A DNA stretch of 59,388 nucleotides from Betaproteobacteria bacterium RIFCSPLOWO2_02_64_14 (GTDB taxonomy: Bacteria > Pseudomonadota > Gammaproteobacteria > Burkholderiales > SG8-41): the NCBI GenBank assembly GCA_001770325.1, contig MEQT01000085.1, forward strand, positions 3,801 through 63,188, given 5' to 3'. The notes below the pieces were generated by a model. The model did not search any database. It saw nothing but the letters and a program-made list of their open reading frames with translations, and was not told the origin of the DNA. Shown piece after piece: positions 51,024 through 59,275 of this stretch; position 1 is the first letter of the stretch, and each line of letters begins with the position of its first letter. Made by a program: the position numbers and the translations under genes.

Positions 51024-52229
51024 ATGACAAACAAGTCAGTCACGGATAACAGTGCCGACAGCAAATCTAGCTCGTCCCGCCGCAAGTTCCTGACAGGCGC
51101 GACCGCCGTGGCCGCGACATCCGTGCTCGCAGCGTGCGCTCCGGAGGCGCCGAAGCCCGCGCCCAAGGCCGAAACCAAGCCAGCGGCGCCGGCAGTGGCG
51201 GTGAAGCCTTCTACCATCGTGCTCAAGATGCAGGGGGCATGGGGCGCCAAGGACATCTTCAACGAGATGGCCGAGCAGTACGTCAAGCGCGTCAACGATA
51301 TGGCTGGCGGGCGCCTGCGCATCGACTACCTGGTCGCCGGCGCGGTGGTGAAGGCGTTCGAGGTGATGGACGCCACCAGCAAGGGTGTGCTCGACGCAGC
51401 CCATTCCGTGCCCGTGTACTGGTACGGCAAGCACAAGGCGGCGTCGCTCTTCGGCACGGGACCGGTGTTCGGCAACGACGCGCACCACACGATTGCATGG
51501 TTCTACGAGGGCGGCGGGCAGGCGCTCTACAACGAGCTGGTGCAGAAGACCCTGGGACTCAACGTGGTTGGCTTCCTGAATTTCCCGATGCCGACCCAGC
51601 CGTTCGGCTGGTTCAAGAACCCGATCAAGAATGCGGCGGGGCTGAAAGGCCTCAAGTACCGCACCGTGGGCCTCGCGGCCGACCTGTTCCAGGCGATGGG
51701 CGCGAAAGTGACGCAGCTGCCGGGCGGCGAGATCGTGCCGGCCCTCGAGAGGGGCGTGATCGACGCCTTCGAATTCAACAATCCAACCTCGGACATGCGA
51801 TTCGGCGCTCAGGACGTCATCAAGAACTTCATGATGGGGAGCTATCACCAGGCGTCCGAATGCTTCGAGATCGTCTTCAACAAGACGAAGTTCGACGCGC
51901 TGCCTGCCGATCTCAGGGCGATCCTAAGGACCGGCGTCGAGGCGGTGAACTCGGCGAACTTCTGGCTCGCGATGGAAAACTACTCGCGCGATCTGCAGGT
52001 CCTGAAAGACAAGCACAAGGTCAACGTGCTCCGCACGCCGGACAGCATCATGCTCGAGCAACTCAAGGCATGGGACCAGCTGACGGCGGAGCTGAGCAAG
52101 GACCCGATTAACAAGAAGATCATCGATTCGCAGAGAGCGTGGTACCAGCGCGTCGTTTACTACGAGCAGTTCAACGCCGCCAACTATAAGCTCGCCTACG
52201 AGCACGTGTACAAGACCAAGTTGTTCTGA
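51024..52229 (+). CDS. TRAP transporter substrate-binding protein (DctP superfamily, FcbT1/COG4663-like) with Tat-type signal
   Basis: SRRKFLTGATAVAATSVLAAC signal. GGAGGAG RBS before ATG 51024 (tracked TTG 51012). Followed by TRAP small and large permeases. Confidence 0.85.
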   Translation: MTNKSVTDNSADSKSSSSRRKFLTGATAVAATSVLAACAPEAPKPAPKAETKPAAPAVAVKPSTIVLKMQGAWGAKDIFNEMAEQYVKRVNDMAGGRLRIDYLVAGAVVKAFEVMDATSKGVLDAAHSVPVYWYGKHKAASLFGTGPVFGNDAHHTIAWFYEGGGQALYNELVQKTLGLNVVGFLNFPMPTQPFGWFKNPIKNAAGLKGLKYRTVGLAADLFQAMGAKVTQLPGGEIVPALERGVIDAFEFNNPTSDMRFGAQDVIKNFMMGSYHQASECFEIVFNKTKFDALPADLRAILRTGVEAVNSANFWLAMENYSRDLQVLKDKHKVNVLRTPDSIMLEQLKAWDQLTAELSKDPINKKIIDSQRAWYQRVVYYEQFNAANYKLAYEHVYKTKLF

Positions 52230-52259
52230 TTGCCCCGAAGCTCCACAGTTTTTCGGATC

Positions 52260-52294
52260 ATGGGGCGGCACCGCGAGGTACCGCCCCATTTTTC
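52260..52294 (+). terminator. Rho-independent terminator/attenuator between TRAP SBP and permease genes
   Basis: ATGGGGCGGCACC-GCGA-GGTACCGCCCCAT (12 of 13 bp paired, GNRA loop) followed by TTTTT. Confidence 0.75.
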
Positions 52295-52313
52295 TGCAAT
52301 TTCCGGGTAACCC

Positions 52314-52916
52314 ATGGTCAAGCGATTCATCTACGGCGTCGACCAGCTGAGCAAGACGATCGGCCACGCCTTCGCGTGGTGCATCGTGATTCTCACGCTG
52401 GGCACCTCGTACGAAGTGTTCGTGCGTTACGCACTGAACAATCCCACGAGCTGGGCGTTCGACTTCAGCTACACGATGTACGGCGCCATGTTTTTCATGG
52501 CCGGGGCCTACACGCTTTCGCGCGGCGCGCACGTGCGGGCCGACATGTTCTATCGCCTGTGGCAGCCGCGCACCCAGGCGGCGATCGAGTTGACGCTCTA
52601 CATCCTGTTCTTCTTTCCGGGTATCCTTGCCCTCGTGATTTCGGGCTGGAGCTACGGCTTTGACTCGATGAGCATCCGCGAGGTGAGCGTCAACAGTCCG
52701 GCCGGCGTTCCCATCTGGCCGCTGAAGATGCTGATTCCCTTCGGCGCGGGGCTGCTCGCGCTGCAGGGTGTAGCCGAGGTCCTGCGCTGCATCGTCTGCC
52801 TCCGCGAGAACCGCTGGTCGCCGCGCCTGCATGACGTCGAAGAGCTGGAGAAGCAGCTGATCGAGCAGCATGCAAGAGCCGCGATGCAGGAGACGCAGCA
52901 GGGAGCGGCGCGATGA
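52314..52916 (+). CDS. TRAP transporter small permease (DctQ-like)
   Basis: Four TM helices, ~200 aa, between the SBP and the large permease. ATGA overlap with the next gene. Confidence 0.85.
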   Translation: MVKRFIYGVDQLSKTIGHAFAWCIVILTLGTSYEVFVRYALNNPTSWAFDFSYTMYGAMFFMAGAYTLSRGAHVRADMFYRLWQPRTQAAIELTLYILFFFPGILALVISGWSYGFDSMSIREVSVNSPAGVPIWPLKMLIPFGAGLLALQGVAEVLRCIVCLRENRWSPRLHDVEELEKQLIEQHARAAMQETQQGAAR

Positions 52917-54259
52917 GCGGTCCGGTGATCGCCCTGATCATGCTGGGGATCCTGGTCCTGACGATCATGATCGGATTTCCGGTCGCCTTCACGCTGATGG
53001 CGCTGGGGGTGGGATTCGGTTATTACGCGTATTTCCAGGCGGGCCAGGCGTTTTTCGACAACCGGGTGTTCTACCTGCTCACGCAGAACACCTTCACCGT
53101 GCTGAACAACGACGTGCTGGTGGCGGTTCCGCTGTTCCTGTTCATGGGCTACATGATCGAGCGCTCCGGCATTCTGGACAGCCTGTTTTTCAGCATACAG
53201 GTCGCGCTCAGGCGCGTTCCCGGGTCGCTGGCCATCGCGACGCTGATCACCTGCGCGCTGTTCGCCACGGCGACAGGGATAGTCGGCGCGGTGGTGACGC
53301 TGATGGGGCTGCTCGCCTTTCCGGCGATGCTCAAGGCCGGCTACGATGTCCGCCTCGCCTCCGGCGTCGTGTGCGCCGGCGGCTGCCTGGGCATCATGAT
53401 CCCGCCGTCGATCCTGCTGATCGTGTACGGCGCCATGGCCGGCCTGTCGGTCGTCCAGTTATACGCGGCAGCGATCTTCCCGGGGCTGCTGCTCGCCGGG
53501 ATGTACATCGTGTTCGTCACGATCCTGGCGATCGCCAAGCCGAAGCTTGCTCCGCGCCTGCCCAAGGAGCAGACCGACGTCCCGACGTTGCAGGTGGTCG
53601 CGATGCTGGCCAAATCGTTCGTGCCGCTTGCGGGCATGGTGATGTGTGTGCTGGGAGCGATCATGTTCGGCCTGGCCACGCCGACCGAGGCCGCGGCAGT
53701 TGGCGCCCTTGGCTCGGTAATGCTGGCGGCGGCTTACCGCCAGTTCACGTGGGGGCGGCTCAAGGAATCGGTGTACCTGACCGCGCGTACGTCCGCGATG
53801 GTGTGTTTTCTTTTCGTCGGCTCGGCGACCTTTGCCGGGGTGTTCAGCTATCTCGGTGGCGAGGGCATCATCAAGGAGTTCGTGCTTGACCTCCAGCTCA
53901 ACCCGGTGACGTTCCTCATCATTTCACAGTTCATCATTTTCCTGCTGGGCTGGCCGCTCGAGTGGACCGAGATCATCATCATCTTCGTGCCGATCTTCCT
54001 GCCGCTGTTGCCGCACTTCCAGATCGATCCGCTGCTCTTCGGCATCCTGGTGGCGCTGAATCTGCAGACGGCGTTTCTGTCACCGCCGGTGGCGATGGCC
54101 GCCTACTACCTCAAGGGCATCGCGCCGCCGCAGGTGCTGCTCACGGAAATCTTCTGGGGCTGCCTGCCGTTCCTGTTCATCGTGCTGGTATCGATGCTGG
54201 TGGTGTACGTGTGGCCCGGGATTTCGCTCTGGCTGCCGCGCGCGATCTACGGCAACTGA
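52913..54259 (+). CDS. TRAP transporter large permease (DctM-like)
   Basis: About 12 TM segments, 448 aa. Typical DctM motifs (PLFLFMGYMIERSGI, GIMIPPSILLIVYG). Confidence 0.9.
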   Translation: MSGPVIALIMLGILVLTIMIGFPVAFTLMALGVGFGYYAYFQAGQAFFDNRVFYLLTQNTFTVLNNDVLVAVPLFLFMGYMIERSGILDSLFFSIQVALRRVPGSLAIATLITCALFATATGIVGAVVTLMGLLAFPAMLKAGYDVRLASGVVCAGGCLGIMIPPSILLIVYGAMAGLSVVQLYAAAIFPGLLLAGMYIVFVTILAIAKPKLAPRLPKEQTDVPTLQVVAMLAKSFVPLAGMVMCVLGAIMFGLATPTEAAAVGALGSVMLAAAYRQFTWGRLKESVYLTARTSAMVCFLFVGSATFAGVFSYLGGEGIIKEFVLDLQLNPVTFLIISQFIIFLLGWPLEWTEIIIIFVPIFLPLLPHFQIDPLLFGILVALNLQTAFLSPPVAMAAYYLKGIAPPQVLLTEIFWGCLPFLFIVLVSMLVVYVWPGISLWLPRAIYGN

Positions 54260-54263
54260 CGGG

Positions 54264-55601
54264 ATGGATACCTCGCGGCTTAACTGGCTCTCGGCGGCGG
54301 ACATGGCGCGCGCGGTGCGCGACGGCGCAATAAGCGCAGTGGAACTGGCGGAGGCGTGTCTTGCGAGGGTGCGGGAAGTCGATGCCGAAGTACAGGCCTG
54401 GGCCTACCTGGATCCGGAACACGTGCTCAGACAGGCACACGTGCTCGACGACCAACGCCGGCATGGCATGGCAGCCGGCCCGCTGCACGGGGTGCCGGTC
54501 GGGATAAAGGACATCATCGACACCGCCGACATGCCGACTGAGGACGGAACGGTGCTGCACGCCGGTCGCATGCCCGACAACGATGCGACGGTGGTGTCGT
54601 GGCTCCGGGCTGCCGGCGCGGTCATCATGGGCAAGACCGTCACCACGGAGCTCGCCACTTACTCACCGGGCAAGACGCGTAATCCGCACGACCCGGGGCA
54701 CACTCCCGGCGGCTCATCGAGCGGCTCAGCGGCCGCCGTCGCGGCCGGAATGGTGCCGCTCGCGATCGGCAGCCAGACCAACGGCTCGGTGATCCGGCCC
54801 GCTGCGTTCTGCGGCGTGTACGGCTTCAAGCCGACGCACGGACTCGTGCCGCGCCACGGCGTGCTCAGGCAGTCGCGGACGCTCGATCAGCTCGGCGTGT
54901 TCGCGCGCACCATCGAGGACGTGGCTCTCGTAACCGAGCAGCTTGTCGGTTACGACGGGCGCGACCCGGACACGCGGCCTCGTGCGCGATTTCCCTTTGC
55001 GTCCGTGGCTGCGGATGAGCCACCGCTCCCACCGTTGCTTGCATTCGCGAAATCGCCGATCTGGGAGCGCGCCGAGGAGGAAACGAAAGAGGCGCTGGCG
55101 GAACTGACTGCGGAACTTGGCGACCGTGTCGAAGAGCTTGACCTTGGAGACGCGGCACGCGAAGCATGGGACTGGCACCGAACCATCATGGAAGCAGAGA
55201 TGGCGGCGAGCTTCGACCTTGAATGGGAAAAGGGGCGCGACCGCCTTTCGGACTCGCTCCGGAACCAGCTTGCACGCGGACGGGAAGTCCGGGCCCTCGA
55301 CTATCAGAAAGCGCTGGCTCGTATCCCGCTGCTCAACGACGGTTTCGAGGAGATCTTTCTGCGCTACGATGCGATCCTTACGCCCGCTGCAGCGGGCACG
55401 GCGCCGGAAGGTCTCGGATCGACGGGCGACCCGGCATTCTGCACGCTGTGGACGCTCGCCGGGATGCCGGCGCTCAATCTGCCGCTGATGCGCGGCGCGA
55501 ATGGCCTGCCGCTCGGCGTCCAGCTTGTCGGCGAGCGGGGAAGCGACGCACGCCTGCTGCGCACCGCGCGCTGGCTCGTGGCGCATGTCGCAGCGAGCTG
55601 A
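54264..55601 (+). CDS. Amidase (amidase-signature family)
   Basis: GVPVGIKDIIDTADMPT ... GKTVTTELA ... PGGSSSGSAAAVAAGMVPLAIGSQTNGSVIRPAAFCGVYGFKPT (AS sequence with a Ser-cisSer-Lys context). Confidence 0.9.
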   Translation: MDTSRLNWLSAADMARAVRDGAISAVELAEACLARVREVDAEVQAWAYLDPEHVLRQAHVLDDQRRHGMAAGPLHGVPVGIKDIIDTADMPTEDGTVLHAGRMPDNDATVVSWLRAAGAVIMGKTVTTELATYSPGKTRNPHDPGHTPGGSSSGSAAAVAAGMVPLAIGSQTNGSVIRPAAFCGVYGFKPTHGLVPRHGVLRQSRTLDQLGVFARTIEDVALVTEQLVGYDGRDPDTRPRARFPFASVAADEPPLPPLLAFAKSPIWERAEEETKEALAELTAELGDRVEELDLGDAAREAWDWHRTIMEAEMAASFDLEWEKGRDRLSDSLRNQLARGREVRALDYQKALARIPLLNDGFEEIFLRYDAILTPAAAGTAPEGLGSTGDPAFCTLWTLAGMPALNLPLMRGANGLPLGVQLVGERGSDARLLRTARWLVAHVAAS

Positions 55602-55621
55602 TACGGGAACAGGAGAGCGAT

Positions 55622-55789
55622 ATGCCATTTAAGATCTTCGCGGGTGTCGTCGCAGTGCTGCTACTCGTCAGTTTCGTCATGCCGTATGTGCTGAAGATGA
55701 AGGACATCGCGCTCGCGGTCGTCGTCATGATCGGCGTTTCGATGATGGCTGTCGACCTCTGGCAGTCGCTGAAATCGAAAGAGGACTGA
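55622..55789 (+). CDS. Small (55-aa) two-helix membrane protein, function unknown
   Basis: MPFKIFAGVVAVLLLVSFVMPYVLKMKDIALAVVVMIGVSMMAVDLWQSLKSKED. AGGAGA RBS 6 nt upstream. Extracted from the longer tracked ORF 55223..55789. Confidence 0.55.
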   Translation: MPFKIFAGVVAVLLLVSFVMPYVLKMKDIALAVVVMIGVSMMAVDLWQSLKSKED

Positions 55790-55881
55790 CCGCAATCGGC
55801 GGCGCATCCGCGCGCGAGCAAGGCGCGGCACCCGGCGCCTCCGGCTGATTCAGCACCGTTATCGAGAGGGTCACGAGTCCT

Positions 55882-57144
55882 GTGCCGGCCGCCGCACCCA
55901 GCCTGAGGTGGCTGGTATTCGCTCTCGGCGCAGCGGCGTTCTTCCTGTCGTTTTTTCACCGCGTTGCCCCGGGCGCGCTCGCGGAGGAGCTCACCGCCTC
56001 CTTCGCGGTGAGCGGCGCAACACTCGGTGCGCTCGCGGCAACGTATTTCTACGTGTATTCGGCGATGCAAGTGCCGACCGGTGTGCTGGTCGACACGCTG
56101 GGTCCGCGGCGCGTGCTGACTGCGGGAGGCGTCATCGCAGGCGTAGGTTCGATCATATTTGGCGGGGCCGAATCCGTCGTGACTGCCGCGCTTGGACGCA
56201 CGTTGACGGGACTGGGGGTATCCGTCGCCTTCGTCTGCCTGCTCAAACTCAACGCGAGCTGGTTCGAGGAGCGGCGCTTCGCCACAATGAGCGGCTTCGG
56301 CAACGTCATGGGAATCGTGGGCGCGCTGCTGGCAACCGCCCCGCTCGCGTGGCTCATCACGGTGGTGTCGTGGCGCAGCGTATTCGTGGCAATCGGCATT
56401 GCGTCCCTCGGGGTGTCCGCCGCGACGTGGTTCCTGGTGCGCGACCATCCGGAATGCGAAGGGTTGCCTCAGGGACGTCCGGCGCCACCGCAGACCGAAC
56501 GGTGGTGGCAGGGCCTCGGAGAAATCATGCGCAACCGGGCGACATGGCCCGCCTTCTGGGTCACGTTCGGCATCTCGGGGAGCTATATGAGTTTCATCGG
56601 GCTGTGGGCCGCGCCGTTTTTTCGACAGGCTTACGGCATGTCGGCGATCGCGGCGAACCGGCACACGAGCGTCATGATCGTAGCGTCGGCGATCTCGCTT
56701 GCCACGCTGGGCGTGTTGTCTGACCATCTGCGCCGCCGCCGCCTCCTGATCACCGGATCCGCCATGATGTATCTCGGCTGCTGGGCGTCCTGGTTCACCG
56801 GCATCGCTCCGGGCCACACCTATCTCATGGCGGCTATCACCGGTCTGTGCATGACCGGCTTTTCGCTGGCATGGGCCTGCGCGAAGGAGGTCAATCGTCC
56901 GCGCTACGCCGGGATGGCCATCAGCGTGGCCAACACCGGCGGTTTTCTCGCTGCCGGCATCCTGCAGCCGCTCGTAGGCTGGGTGCTGGATGCGAGCGCC
57001 GGCGGCGTGGCGAATGCCACGACCCTGGACCATTTTCGACCCGCACTTGCCACCCTCGCGTCGTTTACCTTCATCGGGTTCGCCGGCTCGCTGTTTATCC
57101 GCGAGACGCATTGTCGTAACATTTGGGTGGAGAACGGGCGGTAA
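55882..57144 (+). CDS. MFS transporter
   Basis: 12 predicted TM segments. DTLGPRRVL-type loop 2-3 motif. GTG start. Confidence 0.85.
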   Translation: MPAAAPSLRWLVFALGAAAFFLSFFHRVAPGALAEELTASFAVSGATLGALAATYFYVYSAMQVPTGVLVDTLGPRRVLTAGGVIAGVGSIIFGGAESVVTAALGRTLTGLGVSVAFVCLLKLNASWFEERRFATMSGFGNVMGIVGALLATAPLAWLITVVSWRSVFVAIGIASLGVSAATWFLVRDHPECEGLPQGRPAPPQTERWWQGLGEIMRNRATWPAFWVTFGISGSYMSFIGLWAAPFFRQAYGMSAIAANRHTSVMIVASAISLATLGVLSDHLRRRRLLITGSAMMYLGCWASWFTGIAPGHTYLMAAITGLCMTGFSLAWACAKEVNRPRYAGMAISVANTGGFLAAGILQPLVGWVLDASAGGVANATTLDHFRPALATLASFTFIGFAGSLFIRETHCRNIWVENGR

Positions 57145-57242
57145 GCAGTGAGCAGTGAGCAGTGAGCGGTAAGCAGTAAGCGGTAAGCGGTAAGCGGTGA
57201 GTGGTGAACGGTGAATGGTGAACGGTGAATGGTGAACGGTGG
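57138..57242 (+). repeat. Heptamer array F, 15 consecutive units (longest in the window)
   Basis: GCGGTAA GCAGTGA x3 GCGGTAA GCAGTAA GCGGTAA x2 GCGGTGA GTGGTGA ACGGTGA ATGGTGA ACGGTGA ATGGTGA ACGGTGG. The first unit contains the MFS stop codon TAA (57142-57144). Confidence 0.95.
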
Positions 57243-57281
57243 ATGGCCTGGCGCATTGACGTATTCCAATCAAGGTAGAGA

Positions 57282-58277
57282 ATGAAACCAAAGATACTGG
57301 TTACGCGGGAGGTATTCGACGAGACGCTCGCATACCTCGCGCAGGCCTGCGAAGTCGAGTCCAACCAGAACGACGCGGCGCTGACGCCCGAAGCCCTCAG
57401 GCAGCGGCTGCGCGACAAGCGTGGCGTCATGTGCTGCCTCACCGACCGTATCGATGCCGCGCTGCTCGCGGAGGCGCAGCAGCTTAAGGTGGTCGCGAAC
57501 ATTGCGGTGGGTTATAACAACATCGACGTGGCGGCGTGCACCGCCCGCGGCGTGATGGCGACCAACACGCCCGGCGTTCTCGATGACAGCACCGCGGACC
57601 TCGCCTGGGCGTTGATGCTCGCCGCTGCGCGGCGGCTGACCGAGGTCGAAAGTTACATCCGCGGCGGTGAGTGGACCGGCTGGCGGTTGAAACAATGGCT
57701 GGGTGTGGATGTGCATCACGCCACGCTCGGCATCGTCGGCATGGGACGCATCGGGCAGGTCATCGCCAGGCGCGCAGCGGGTTTCGACATGCGCGTCGTC
57801 TATCACAACCGGAACCGGCTCGCGCCCGACATCGAGCAGCGGCTCAACGCCGCCTATGTCACGAAGGACGAACTTCTCCGGCAATCCGACTTCGTGGTGC
57901 TGCAGGTGCCGTATTCTCCGGAAACGCACCATCTCATCGGGGCGGCGGATCTGAAGCGCATGAAGCCGACCGCGATACTGGTCAATTCCACGCGCGGCGG
58001 CGTGGTCGACGATGCCGCGCTGGTCGACGCCCTGAAAGCCGGCACGATCCGCGCCGCAGGCCTCGACGTATTCGAGAACGAGCCCCGCCTTCATCCCGGA
58101 TTCCTTGGCCTGCGCAACGTGGTGCTCGCGCCCCATGTCGGTAGTTCGACCGAAGCGACGCGCCGTGCGATGGCGATGACGGCGGCGAAGAACCTGGTTG
58201 CGGCGCTCGCTGGCGCAACGCCACCCAATCTCCTGAACCCCGAATCACGAGCCACGAGTCACGAGCCACGTACGTGA
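57282..58277 (+). CDS. D-isomer-specific 2-hydroxyacid dehydrogenase (glyoxylate/hydroxypyruvate/2-ketogluconate reductase-like)
   Basis: GIVGMGRIGQVIARRA (NAD fold), ILVNSTRGGVVDDAAL, GLDVFENEP, VLAPHVGSST. Confidence 0.9.
   Translation: MKPKILVTREVFDETLAYLAQACEVESNQNDAALTPEALRQRLRDKRGVMCCLTDRIDAALLAEAQQLKVVANIAVGYNNIDVAACTARGVMATNTPGVLDDSTADLAWALMLAAARRLTEVESYIRGGEWTGWRLKQWLGVDVHHATLGIVGMGRIGQVIARRAAGFDMRVVYHNRNRLAPDIEQRLNAAYVTKDELLRQSDFVVLQVPYSPETHHLIGAADLKRMKPTAILVNSTRGGVVDDAALVDALKAGTIRAAGLDVFENEPRLHPGFLGLRNVVLAPHVGSSTEATRRAMAMTAAKNLVAALAGATPPNLLNPESRATSHEPRT
58246..58273 (+). repeat. Heptamer array G inside the last codons of the dehydrogenase gene
   Basis: CACGAGC CACGAGT CACGAGC CACGTAC encodes the tail ...SRATSHEPRT and ends 1 nt before the stop codon (58275-58277). 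Confidence 0.85.
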
Positions 58278-58287
58278 GGCACGCGCA

Positions 58288-59187
58288 ATGAAACTCGGAT
58301 TCATCGGTCTTGGCGTCATGGGACGCCCGATGGCGTTGAATCTCATGAAGCACGGGCACGAAATGGGTGTCTACGCGCGGCGCGCGGAGGCGGTGGCCCC
58401 GCTCGTGGCGGCGGGCGCGGTGCGCTACGCGACGCCGGCGGAGCTTGCTCCGAATGCGGAGATCACGTTCACCATGGTCACGAATTCGCGCGATGTCGAG
58501 GAGGTGGTGCTCGGCGAGCAGGGCGTGATACACGGCGCGCGTGAGGGCAGCGTGCTGGTCGATATGGAGACGATTTCGCCGGCGGTGGCGCGCGCTGTCG
58601 CAGCGGCCCTCGAGGCGAAAGGGATCGCCATGCTCGATGCGCCGGTATCCGGCGGGCCGATGGGCGCCGCGCAGGCCACGCTCTCGATCATGGCGGGCGG
58701 CAAGGCGGAAGTTTTCGAGCGAGTGAAGCCGCTCCTCGCGTGCATGGGCAAGACGATCTTGCACATGGGTGCGAGCGGCGCCGGACAGATTACCAAGGCG
58801 TGCAATCAGCTTGCCTTGCTGGTGAATGCCCAGGGAACGGCCGAAGCGATGACGCTGGCGCATGCCTGCGGTCTCGATCCCGCCAGGGTGCGCGAGGTGC
58901 TGCTCGGCGGGGTTGCGGCGAGCCGGGTGCTCGAACTCTTCGGCGAGCGCATGGTCACGCGCGATTTCTCCGCCGGCATCGAGGCGCGCCTCTATCACAA
59001 GGATCTTCACATCGCGCTTGGTCTCGCGCATGAGGCCGGCCTCGCGCATGAGGCCGGCCTCGCGGTGCCTGCTGCGGCCCTCACCATGCAGAGCGTCAAC
59101 GCCCTGATCGGACGAGGGGAGGGCGGGAGCGATCTTTCCGCCTTGATCAAAGTGGTGGAGGGCATGCGAATGCGGAATGCGGAATGA
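58288..59187 (+). CDS. NAD(P)-dependent 3-hydroxyacid dehydrogenase family (2-hydroxy-3-oxopropionate/tartronate semialdehyde reductase-like)
   Basis: MKLGFIGLGVMGRPMALNL, DAPVSGG, KACNQL, KDLHIAL are HIBADH/GarR-family motifs. Confidence 0.85.
   Translation: MKLGFIGLGVMGRPMALNLMKHGHEMGVYARRAEAVAPLVAAGAVRYATPAELAPNAEITFTMVTNSRDVEEVVLGEQGVIHGAREGSVLVDMETISPAVARAVAAALEAKGIAMLDAPVSGGPMGAAQATLSIMAGGKAEVFERVKPLLACMGKTILHMGASGAGQITKACNQLALLVNAQGTAEAMTLAHACGLDPARVREVLLGGVAASRVLELFGERMVTRDFSAGIEARLYHKDLHIALGLAHEAGLAHEAGLAVPAAALTMQSVNALIGRGEGGSDLSALIKVVEGMRMRNAE
59023..59064 (+). repeat. Perfect 18-bp in-frame tandem duplication (CTCGCGCATGAGGCCGGC x2 + CTCGCG)
   Basis: Encodes LAHEAG-LAHEAG-LA within the reductase. 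The copies at 59023-59040 and 59041-59058 are identical. Confidence 0.95.
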
Positions 59188-59265
59188 TGAATGCGGAACA
59201 AATGTTGACGGACGCAGTACTCGATTCATTATTCATCATTCCGCGTTCATCATTCATCATTCGAA
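59161..59265. repeat. Heptamer array H: GAATGNN units, spacer, and inverted ATTCATN units (long hairpin)
   Basis: GAATGCG GAATGCG GAATGAT GAATGCG (59168-59195; the reductase stop TGA is at 59185-59187). Inverted ATTCATT ATTCATC ATTCCGC GTTCATC ATTCATC ATTCGAA (59224-59265). 59182-59198 pairs with 59239-59255 over 17 bp with one G-U position. Confidence 0.9.
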
Positions 59266-59275
59266 TGGGCCATCC

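Noticed and set aside
57138-57242. CRISPR array interpretation of the tandem repeats
   Set aside because: The units are 7 nt and directly abutting, with no spacers, no cas genes and no leader. The pattern is incompatible with CRISPR architecture.
55474-57291. 605-aa minus-strand ORF (and 56904..57269, 57095..57502) whose N-terminus reads like a heptad-repeat protein (FTIHRSPFTVHHSPLTAYR...)
   Set aside because: The repeat peptide is simply the translation of the 7-nt tandem array F. The remainder is antisense to the MFS transporter gene.
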